DNA from: Candidatus Poribacteria bacterium
Lineage (GTDB): Bacteria; Poribacteria; WGA-4E; WGA-3G
Length of the DNA: 47,935 bases
Direction: 5' to 3'
Assembly (NCBI GenBank): GCA_003635305.1
Contig: PYJE01000120.1
Coordinates: 5,506-53,440, forward strand
The notes under the pieces were generated by a model. It saw only the letters and a program-made list of their open reading frames with translations. It had not been told where the DNA came from and ran no database searches. A program made the position numbers and the translations under genes. Below, in pieces: positions 22,746 through 30,137 of this stretch (position 1 is the stretch's first letter; each line of letters opens with the position of its first letter).

Positions 22746-24002
22746 ATGCACACGAAACGATTCGTCTATATCTTTATCGGGGTGCTCGTCTTAACTTTAG
22801 GGACTTACACGTTTTGGCGCGTTGCCCAAAACCCACCTTCAGTCGTTCAGAAGGTGTTTCGGACGACGCACCCGAGCGATTCAACTAACGGGAGCCCGAC
22901 ACAAGCACCACATAGCTCAGAAGAGCCGGAACTAACAGAAGAAGCGACTTCTTGGCATGCGGAGAGTATTGCGTTTACGAAATCGCTTTTTTCTCAGGAG
23001 CAACTCGCAAAGCCAGATGCACAGCGCATTTTCAAACTCCTTGAATCTGAGGAGTACCAAAGTTTTACTGCAACTCCCCGTACCTTGGAGGAGCGATTTG
23101 AGTTTCTCGCTGACCGCGGTGCAGACGTGCCCCGTAATCTGAACATGCTGTTATTCCGTAAATCGTTTCCGACCGGGGAACCGGCGGATTTTGAACCGGA
23201 GATGCGGCAGAAATTGTTGCACGCGCTTCAAGAGGCAGGCATCGGAGGACCAGAAGAAGTGCCAGCCGAGATTCTCGCGCTTCGCGCCAACCCCAACTTG
23301 ATGACAAAACTCACTCAGGCGGCGGCACTCTTAGAGGAATACGGACAGAAAGAGGGGCTCCAGCGGCTCTATGCGTCGGAGCCGGCTTTGGCACGCGGGG
23401 TTGAGTGGGGATTGCAGCAAGAACAAGCACATGAAAAGAAGCGGGCTGTCCTTCGGACGTTTTGGGACAATAAGCGACATTTTCATTGGCGAATGGGCTA
23501 CTTCAAGGGACACGTTACCGGGGAAGAGGGTTCCAGCGCGTGGGTTAATGAAGTGTTAGCAGGTTTAAGTCCCGCCGCGCCAGCGGTACCGATGTTTGTT
23601 GACTCCACGGAGGGCTTGTCTCCACCCAAAAGCGATCGACAAGTTGAAACCGTCCTTCCTGATATTCCGACTACGCCGCAGGAAAAACAGCATCCGCCAA
23701 GCAGCGACATGCCAACTGTGCAGAAAGTGGCCCCCCGGCCAACAAGCCCCACGGCGACACCGAATCAGGACAAACGCTTGACACCCCTCACGCCGATGAC
23801 TTCCAAATCGTCCCAATTGCCTACCGATGACGATTTTGAAACAGTTCTTCGCGAACGCTTTTCATCAACGCGGTTCAATCGAGCCATGGAGGCATTGAAT
23901 CGCTACGGGCCTGAAGAAGGGGTTCGCCGTCTCAAAGCGTCAGACCCGGAAATGGCGGTGCAGGTGGAACGCCTCCTCCAGAAACAGCAGGAGAAAGATT
24001 AA
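22746..24002 (+). CDS. Hypothetical membrane-anchored protein with an internal repeat and a Pro/Thr-rich linker
   Basis: A good RBS (GGAAGGAGAA) precedes the start and there is an N-terminal TM helix. LEEYGQKEGLQRLYASEPALARGVEWGLQQEQ is repeated as LNRYGPEEGVRRLKASDPEMAVQVERLLQKQQ. Confidence 0.65.
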   Translation: MHTKRFVYIFIGVLVLTLGTYTFWRVAQNPPSVVQKVFRTTHPSDSTNGSPTQAPHSSEEPELTEEATSWHAESIAFTKSLFSQEQLAKPDAQRIFKLLESEEYQSFTATPRTLEERFEFLADRGADVPRNLNMLLFRKSFPTGEPADFEPEMRQKLLHALQEAGIGGPEEVPAEILALRANPNLMTKLTQAAALLEEYGQKEGLQRLYASEPALARGVEWGLQQEQAHEKKRAVLRTFWDNKRHFHWRMGYFKGHVTGEEGSSAWVNEVLAGLSPAAPAVPMFVDSTEGLSPPKSDRQVETVLPDIPTTPQEKQHPPSSDMPTVQKVAPRPTSPTATPNQDKRLTPLTPMTSKSSQLPTDDDFETVLRERFSSTRFNRAMEALNRYGPEEGVRRLKASDPEMAVQVERLLQKQQEKD

Positions 24003-24293
24003 ATGAAAGACATGCGCTTCCGATACGGCCTCGCTACGCTCGTGTTGCTGGCGATTCTTGCAGTACTCGTTGTTTACGCTATGGAGACGCTCACGACGCA
24101 CACCTCTCAGCCGCGGGCACCCGTGAAGACAACCACCCCCACAGTGACATCTAACCCCACGGTCAAGAAGAAATCCTGTGGATGTTGTGCCGAGCGAAGG
24201 GAGCGTCTCCGAAAGATGATTCAACAGGCGCGCCAACGACAACAAGCGAAGCAACGCCCCGTTAACGTTGGTACCTCTACGAGCACTAAATAA
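24003..24293 (+). CDS. Small membrane protein (one TM helix, CGCC motif, basic tail)
   Basis: The ATG directly follows the upstream TAA (TAAATG). The TM helix is GLATLVLLAILAVLVVYA. Confidence 0.5.
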   Translation: MKDMRFRYGLATLVLLAILAVLVVYAMETLTTHTSQPRAPVKTTTPTVTSNPTVKKKSCGCCAERRERLRKMIQQARQRQQAKQRPVNVGTSTSTK

Positions 24294-24407
24294 TTATTGT
24301 TCGTAAGGGCTCACATCTGTAACTTGAGGCGGGCAAAGGATGAAACTCGGTGTAGAATCTGTCCATACTGAGCCCGTCTCTACTTTTTTCGCTTTTTTGG
24401 TAAATCC

Positions 24408-24506
24408 ATGAACCACCTCCACTTCGGCAATAACCTCAGTGTCATGCAAGGCATGTCCGACAACACCGTCAAGTATTGCTACGCCGCTCTGCCCTTCGGC
24501 ATAGTT
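24408..24506 (+). pseudogene. Possible relic of the N-terminus of a DNA methyltransferase
   Basis: MNHLHFGNNLSVMQGMSDNTVKYCYAALPFG aligns by eye with the intact enzyme in this window (TLYYGDCLEVMRPWHDNSIDIICLDPPFN). The DPPF motif has decayed to ALPF. This frame has a high GC3 content. It is a short match and could be chance. Confidence 0.25.
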
Positions 24507-24563
24507 CGGATTCGCCTGAGCCCAAATAGCAGATTTCTCTATCCGCCCGTTTCTCATCCATCG

Positions 24564-25667
24564 CTACTGCACCTGCTCCAAAATGACAATATCCCCCGGA
24601 TTCCACGATTGCGCGATGATATAGAACCTGCCATCAATCTGCCGAAGGACAGCACCGTGCAGATGCTGAAACGTCTCCACGCCGAGCTCCTCCTTCGGCA
24701 TGATGGTTGAGACGAGGTTATTACCTTCCAAAATATAGAGCGGCGCGCCCTTGTTTCTATCTGGGCCGTAGAGGCACGCAACGACAGCATACCCCTCTTC
24801 ATAATCAATACTACACGGAAAAGAACCTTTGATGAGAGGCAGCGTCTCCAGATATGTTCCATCAGGAGAATAGCGTTCAACTTCCGCATTCGCCCGGTCT
24901 GCAATATCCAACCGATTTGTGCCAGCAGGCACTGTGATGTGGTGTCCTGTTCCGAATTGCCCCGGTTCATCGCCTTTTCCGCCGAATGCCAACGGATGCC
25001 ACGCCGCCGCAAACGGCTCAAGACTCGTAATCTTCGCACCCAAAATGTAGTCCAATTTCGAGTAGCCGGTAGTGACGTAAAGCATGCCGTTGATATGCGT
25101 CACGCCTGTCGGCACGAACTGGCCACCTTCACTGAAATAGGTGTTTACTACTTGCCCCTGAAAATCGGTTAGCGCGTCGGGTGCTTCTAGCGTGTGGACG
25201 AGTTCGCCGTCTAGCGTCGTTGTCCACACTTTTCCGACATCGTTCGCCGGAAACGAGAGGTAAGGCGTGCCATCGGTGGCTGTCCAGACGGTGGTATAGT
25301 GCGCATTCGCCGCTTTCAGTGCCGGTGGCGTTTCAATGAGGCGTGTCGTCTTCAAATCCGCGCTGATTTGGATAATGCCGACATCGGGCAGAGCGAAGTA
25401 AGTTTCGCCTCTACCGGGCCGCCTGTCTACGTCAAACCCGCCGTGCGCTTTGTCAATTGCGGCGACGACTTCGGGAGGGAAGTGAGCGCGGGTGTGAAGC
25501 ACTCTGAACTTCAGCGCGCCTTGTCCGCTGACTTTATCTGCCGCGATTTCGTCGCGCGCGGTGAATAGGAAAGTCGGTTTCATTGCCGGGTGTCCGTCCA
25601 CGTGCACGGCAATGTTTCCAAGGGTAATCATGCTGAAGAGGAGCGTGAAAAGCGTTAAATGTTTCAT
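24564..25667 (-). CDS. Secreted beta-propeller protein (NHL-repeat-like)
   Basis: The start is preceded by the RBS AAGGAG. The signal peptide is MKHLTLFTLLFSMITLG. An NHL-like unit GQFGTGHHITVPAGTNRLDIADRANAEVERYSPDGTYL is present. The gene lies 13 nt downstream of the isomerase gene on the same strand. Confidence 0.6.
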   Translation of the reverse strand: MKHLTLFTLLFSMITLGNIAVHVDGHPAMKPTFLFTARDEIAADKVSGQGALKFRVLHTRAHFPPEVVAAIDKAHGGFDVDRRPGRGETYFALPDVGIIQISADLKTTRLIETPPALKAANAHYTTVWTATDGTPYLSFPANDVGKVWTTTLDGELVHTLEAPDALTDFQGQVVNTYFSEGGQFVPTGVTHINGMLYVTTGYSKLDYILGAKITSLEPFAAAWHPLAFGGKGDEPGQFGTGHHITVPAGTNRLDIADRANAEVERYSPDGTYLETLPLIKGSFPCSIDYEEGYAVVACLYGPDRNKGAPLYILEGNNLVSTIMPKEELGVETFQHLHGAVLRQIDGRFYIIAQSWNPGDIVILEQVQ

Positions 25668-25680
25668 GGGGAAAGTCTCC

Positions 25681-26454
25681 TTATTTCTGAATCATCGCTC
25701 GGAATTTCTTGGTAAATTCGCAGCTGCGTTTGATGCTTGCCACGTCTTCCATCTTATATTGGACGACGAGCGGACCCGCGAAGCCGATTTCCTTCAAACC
25801 ACGCGCAAACGTCTCAAAATCAAACACACCACCGCCCGGCTCACCGCGATTGCTTCCGGAGAGATGCACATCGCCGAGGCATGCCTTCATCGCGTGTGCG
25901 GCGGCGCGAGGCTCCGCGCCATCGTTGAAAAGGTGATACGTATCGCATGTCAGATAAACAGGTAACCCTGTCTCCTCAATGAACGCAACCCCTTCGCGGT
26001 AGTTGTCAAGCGGACATCCTTTCTCGAACTCCAGAGCGATTTTGAGGCCGTTTTCTTGACACGGTTCAAGCATGCGCGACAGGTTCTCGGCGAGCGTCTC
26101 CAGCGATTCTTCCCGCGACGCCTCCGCGGAAGGATTCACCCAGACTCCGATAACATCAGCCTCAAAACCGCGCGCAACCTCCAGCACAATCTCGAAGTGT
26201 TTGAGAGCCTCGTCTTTTTTCGCGGGCGTTGTCAAAATATGGTTGCCGAAGCCGATCGTCGGCGCGATAAGGTTATATTGCTCGGCTAGGTTGATTGCGT
26301 CCGTTATCTCGGCGGCTGAGAGCTCACCGAGGAACGCGGCATTCACGGGGATGTTGATACCTTCGTATCCCGCCTCCGCGACAAGGTTGAAGATTTCGGC
26401 ACGCGTCCATCGGCCTAAGGTGCCAGCGTAAGGGTCATAGCAAACAGGTAGCAT
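25681..26454 (-). CDS. Sugar phosphate isomerase/epimerase (xylose-isomerase-like TIM barrel)
   Basis: 257 aa, with the start preceded by the RBS AAGGAGAA. The pattern AGYEGINIP..., ...LEFE..., DTYHL... is typical of the AP_endonuc_2/IolE-like family. Confidence 0.7.
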   Translation of the reverse strand: MLPVCYDPYAGTLGRWTRAEIFNLVAEAGYEGINIPVNAAFLGELSAAEITDAINLAEQYNLIAPTIGFGNHILTTPAKKDEALKHFEIVLEVARGFEADVIGVWVNPSAEASREESLETLAENLSRMLEPCQENGLKIALEFEKGCPLDNYREGVAFIEETGLPVYLTCDTYHLFNDGAEPRAAAHAMKACLGDVHLSGSNRGEPGGGVFDFETFARGLKEIGFAGPLVVQYKMEDVASIKRSCEFTKKFRAMIQK

Positions 26455-26571
26455 TGTTTCTCCTTGAAAGATTTTTAAGGGTATATTAGCATGAATGCAG
26501 TTCTAGTTCAAGACATAATTTTGTTTGAAGAAAACCTCTCTTGAAGTTTACTAACTTCGTGTTATACCCAT

Positions 26572-26719
26572 AAGACTTACGCAGCAGGGCTCCGCTGGGC
26601 GCGGTTGGAAACCGCGCCTACCAGCTAAGAGTTAGCAAGAGGGTTCCGTCTAAAAGTTGCAAGAGGGTTCCGTAGGCGCGCTTTGGAAGCGCGCCAGCGT
26701 CGGAATTTGCGTAAGTCTT
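26572..26719. mobile_element. 148-bp MITE-like element with perfect 12-bp terminal inverted repeats (AAGACTTACGCA ... TGCGTAAGTCTT), enclosing family-B and B' palindromes and an internal 18-nt direct repeat
   Basis: Direct reading. GACTTACGCAGCAG followed by a family-B' unit also occurs at 5869-5913. I see no target-site duplication and the element has no coding capacity. Confidence 0.35.
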
Positions 26720-26761
26720 GTTGGGAGAGTATTAATTTTTCATACCAAAGGAGCATATCTC

Positions 26762-27223
26762 ATGAATCGCATTTTTGGCAGGCTAATTTACGTTGTTGCG
26801 ATGGTGCTGGCGGTGTCTGTGATGAGCAGCTGTTCTCGGACAGATGACTTGACCCTTGGCGACAGCGGTGAAGAATCCAACACCGAATTCGCGCTGGACG
26901 AACAATATGCTCGGGTGCGTAATGGTGCCCGGCTCATCTTGGCATACGACGCGCAGACGAATTCCTTCAAAGGCACCGTGGAAAACACGACGAGCGAAAC
27001 TTTGAAACAGGTGCGCGTGGAAGTCCATTTGTCAAACGGAAAAGAACTCGGGCCGACACCACCGGGAGATCTCGCCCCTGGCGAAACGAGAGACATCGTG
27101 CTTGTGGCAACCAGTTCGGACTTCACCGGCTGGACAGCGCATCCGGAAGTCGGCGGCGGAGAACATAGTGGCGGAGAAAGCCACGGTGAGCATGACAAAG
27201 AAAGTGGAGGTGAACACGATTAG
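26762..27223 (+). CDS. Small lipoprotein with a His/Glu/Gly-rich C-terminal tail
   Basis: I trimmed ORF 26657..27223 to the ATG at 26762. The lipobox is AVSVMSSC. The tail is HPEVGGGEHSGGESHGEHDKESGGEHD. Confidence 0.65.
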   Translation: MNRIFGRLIYVVAMVLAVSVMSSCSRTDDLTLGDSGEESNTEFALDEQYARVRNGARLILAYDAQTNSFKGTVENTTSETLKQVRVEVHLSNGKELGPTPPGDLAPGETRDIVLVATSSDFTGWTAHPEVGGGEHSGGESHGEHDKESGGEHD

Positions 27224-27327
27224 GCGGCAGAAAGGGATAGGGGCACCCGGGTGCGGGCATATGCCTATGCTGTCCAGTTTGGAGGCCATCAATAAAAATG
27301 GAATTATCCGCAATTCTGTCGAAACGT

Positions 27328-27358
27328 AGCGCGGGGGCTCGTCCCCCGCGCTTTTTTT
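27328..27358 (+). terminator. Rho-independent terminator: 10-bp GC stem AGCGCGGGGG-CTCGT-CCCCCGCGCT followed by T7
   Basis: Direct reading. The stem is a family-A (G-variant) palindrome with a T-tract. Confidence 0.8.
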
Positions 27359-27359
27359 C

Positions 27360-27389
27360 TTGCCAAATTCATACAAAATATGCTATAAT
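27360..27389 (+). promoter_or_regulatory. Sigma-70-like promoter TTGCCA-18 bp-TATAAT with an extended -10 (TGcTATAAT)
   Basis: TTGCCA is at 27360-27365 and TATAAT at 27384-27389. AGGAGG lies at about 27410 and the GTG start at 27424. Confidence 0.6.
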
Positions 27390-27423
27390 AAATTCCAACT
27401 TACGCAACTAGGAGGAATTTACC

Positions 27424-28626
27424 GTGGATTGGACACACAACCTCACCGCCGCAATGCTCGCGCTTTGTCTCATCGGCCTGCTGTTCGCACCAGTGGAAAC
27501 GGATGCGTTCATTGAACGGGAATATACCATTCGCGAAGTCCTTGATGCTTGCACTAACATCGTCTTCGGCGAAGTCAAAAGCGTTGACAAACGCCGCCTG
27601 AGAGGTGTCGTCACCGTGCGGGAAGATGTCAAAGGCGAATGCGGCATGAAGGAAATTAATATGAACTTCGCCACTGGACACTACAAACGCGGCACTTCGC
27701 CGGAGAAACTGGCGAATATCCTTAAACCTGGAATGCCTATCATCGTCTTCTACCGCCAACATTATGGCATCGACAGCATGTGTTTTGTTGATAACACGTG
27801 GTTTCAAATGCGTGGCTATACCACCAGTAGACGGACTACCGGTTCGTGGTGGAGTTTTACGCACATCGATGCGATGATGTCGCGCACGTTTGATGGGAAA
27901 ACGAAGGCGTTCCAAAAAATTGTGCGGGAGATGCTCGCCGGGAAAATGTGGGTAGGCGCGCCCGAAAACGCCGTGAAACTTCTCGTCCTTACCGGCAATA
28001 GCACGCACCCGACGTGGAGCCAGGTCCAAGTCTACACCAACACGGCGACGTATGAGTATCAAGCACTCCGCGCAACAAAAGAAGCCGGGAAACGTCCCAT
28101 ATTCTACGAATCTACGCAAGACAGAAAACTCGCCAACCTCAACGAAGCGGATATTCTGTGGGTGGGATACGAGGAAATCTCCAGTTACGGACGCTACCTC
28201 CTCTCGCCGGAAACGGAGAAGAAAATCCGAGACTTCGTGAAGAAAGGCGGCATTGTTATCGTCACTGGGCAAGACAGCAGCGAGGCGAACCCTTGCGGCA
28301 CCGGATGGCTACAGGGCAAACTGAAAGGCGTAGAAAGCCCACCGACGCAACACTTCGCCGTGACAGAAAAAGGGAATTCGCTCTTCTCCACACCGAACAA
28401 GATTGAATCCGGCACAATCTTTATTGATGACGCATGGAAGGAGTGGAATCGGCGCGACGAAATCCTGGCGACGACACCGGATGGGAACGAACTCGTTGTC
28501 GGCGCGCGCAAGCACGGCAAGGGACTCTATATCATCACCAGCCTCCGCAACGATAGTCAGTATACGACGACGATGAACAAGGCATTGATGGCGAACCTGC
28601 TGCATTACGCGGTGGGACGGTTGTAG
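27424..28626 (+). CDS. Secreted hypothetical protein with a C-terminal GATase1-like (ThuA/DUF4159-like) module
   Basis: The GTG start follows AGGAGG. The signal-like N-terminus is LTAAMLALCLIGLLFAPVETDA. The segment ADILWVGYEEI...KKIRDFVKKGGIVIVTGQD resembles class-I amidotransferase-fold proteins. The assignment is tentative. Confidence 0.6.
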   Translation: MDWTHNLTAAMLALCLIGLLFAPVETDAFIEREYTIREVLDACTNIVFGEVKSVDKRRLRGVVTVREDVKGECGMKEINMNFATGHYKRGTSPEKLANILKPGMPIIVFYRQHYGIDSMCFVDNTWFQMRGYTTSRRTTGSWWSFTHIDAMMSRTFDGKTKAFQKIVREMLAGKMWVGAPENAVKLLVLTGNSTHPTWSQVQVYTNTATYEYQALRATKEAGKRPIFYESTQDRKLANLNEADILWVGYEEISSYGRYLLSPETEKKIRDFVKKGGIVIVTGQDSSEANPCGTGWLQGKLKGVESPPTQHFAVTEKGNSLFSTPNKIESGTIFIDDAWKEWNRRDEILATTPDGNELVVGARKHGKGLYIITSLRNDSQYTTTMNKALMANLLHYAVGRL

Positions 28627-28639
28627 TATCCGTGCAGGC

Positions 28640-28810
28640 ACGCGGGGGACAGGCCCCCGCGCTACATTTCGGAATTCCTCGCAGGAACGCGGGGGACAGG
28701 CCCCCGCGCGACGTTCCGGAGGTGCGTTTCAATACGCGGAGGACAATCCCCGCGCGACGTTCCGGGGGATTGCGTTTCACACGCGGGGGACAACCCTTCG
28801 CGCTACGGTA
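28640..28810. repeat. Four ~47-bp-spaced family-A G-variant units (GCGGGGGACAGGCCCCCGCGC), with the third and fourth degenerate
   Basis: Direct reading. Confidence 0.8.
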
Positions 28811-28833
28811 TGAGAAGCGTTGTTGGTTCGCCT

Positions 28834-30021
28834 CTACCGGAACTTCGCGATAATTAAGGTAATATCATCGTTCGCCGCGGCACCACGCTGATGCGCCTCG
28901 AGGTCTGCCAGCACGGCCTGCTTGATTTCAGCAGCCGATAGGTGCTGCATTTCAGATAACAAGGTTTTGAAGCGTTCTACCCCATACATTTCAGAGGCTG
29001 CGTTAAACGCCTCGGTGATGCCATCGGAGTAAAGGACGAGCAAATCGCCCGGATGCCACGCGAGCTCCGTGCTATAGTAGTTAGTCTCTGAATCCAACAG
29101 GAACCTGGCGGTGCCAACAGGCGTAAAGGCCGATTTCAATTCAAGCGGTTCCGTCTTCTGTTCGGCCCGGAAGAGGAGCATCGCCGGATGGCCGGCGTTG
29201 GCGAACTCCAACCGATTATCCGGATGAACAATGACGTAACAGCAGGTCTGGTAGATAAACGCCTGCGCGTCTTCCTCTACGACGCGGTTGACAGCCTTCA
29301 TAACTTCCGGCACGGAGGCATCAAAGCGGATTTGGGTTTGCAAACAACTCTTAGTCATCGCCGCCACCATCGCTGAGTGGTAACCGTGCCCCATCACATC
29401 GCCGAGGAAGAGTGCTACGCGGTTGTTCGGCAGATAGAGATAATCGTAATAGTCGCCGCCGACGCTATTCGTCGGTTTGCAATAGCCGGCGGCGTTTAAA
29501 CACGACGTAGCCATTTCTTCGTTAGGCAGAATGGATTGCTGCACCTCCGCGGCGAGTCGCATCGATTCTTCTTGTGCAATCTCCTTGCGGATAGCATCCA
29601 TTTGAATTTCCAGGTCGCGCCGGATTTTGTCGTTCAGCACCCGAAACATACCGATACCGATGCGCGGCTCCCGTCTCATCGCCTGCAAGAAATCGTGCCG
29701 GGTAATCTGTAGGCACTGGGTTGGGATTACCGTTTTGACGGTGGCACTCCGCGGCTGGTTATCAATCAGGGCTATTTCGCCGATGCAATACCCAGTTTCA
29801 TCGAAGGACAGCACCTCGGTTTCTGCCTTGATGATGCTGACTTCGCCGCTGATGAGTAGATAGAGTGAATCGCCCTGTTCGCCTTCTTCAAACAGCGTTT
29901 CTTCGGCGGCGTAAGTTACTTCGCGGGCGATATCGCAGATTAACTTTAATTCTGTCTGGGGGAGTGCTGAAAACAGCGCGGTCTCCCGCAAAAACCTGAG
30001 TTTATCTTCTTCGGTTAGCAT
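28834..30021 (-). CDS. Cyclic-nucleotide-binding domain fused to a PP2C/SpoIIE-type serine phosphatase
   Basis: The N-terminal segment FSALPQTELKLICDIAREVTYAAEETLFEEGEQGDSLYLLISGEV...IGEIALI is a cNMP-binding fold. The C-terminal segment GGDYYDYLYL...LFLGDVMGHG...VLYSDGITEA is the SpoIIE/PP2C signature. Confidence 0.8.
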   Translation of the reverse strand: MLTEEDKLRFLRETALFSALPQTELKLICDIAREVTYAAEETLFEEGEQGDSLYLLISGEVSIIKAETEVLSFDETGYCIGEIALIDNQPRSATVKTVIPTQCLQITRHDFLQAMRREPRIGIGMFRVLNDKIRRDLEIQMDAIRKEIAQEESMRLAAEVQQSILPNEEMATSCLNAAGYCKPTNSVGGDYYDYLYLPNNRVALFLGDVMGHGYHSAMVAAMTKSCLQTQIRFDASVPEVMKAVNRVVEEDAQAFIYQTCCYVIVHPDNRLEFANAGHPAMLLFRAEQKTEPLELKSAFTPVGTARFLLDSETNYYSTELAWHPGDLLVLYSDGITEAFNAASEMYGVERFKTLLSEMQHLSAAEIKQAVLADLEAHQRGAAANDDITLIIAKFR

Positions 30022-30137
30022 CGTCCATTCAGTCCTCTTGACTTTTTAGAGAGAATTCGTTAACATTCTTGCAAAAAACGCAGGCACAACATGTCATGTC
30101 GTATCACCGTTATGCATGATAACACGAAAAGGAAATT

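Noticed and set aside
16569-24506. Reading the DUF5069, coiled-coil and methyltransferase-nuclease region, plus the methyltransferase relic, as a mobile defence island
   Set aside because: I see no integrase, transposase, tRNA attachment site or flanking direct repeats. The coiled-coil paralogs also occur elsewhere in the window. The region may still be accessory, but mobility is unsupported.
24294-24557. 87-aa minus-strand ORF that exactly fills the spacer between two convergent genes
   Set aside because: It has no SD sequence and lower third-position GC than the real genes here. The opposite strand carries a frame with strong GC3 and a methyltransferase-like N-terminal motif. It remains a possible real small gene, and conservation analysis would settle this.
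27400-28272. 290-aa minus-strand ORF
   Set aside because: It lies entirely antisense to the 27424..28626 gene, which has a promoter, an AGGAGG site and a signal peptide. The ORF has low-complexity Arg/Phe-rich composition typical of a shadow ORF.
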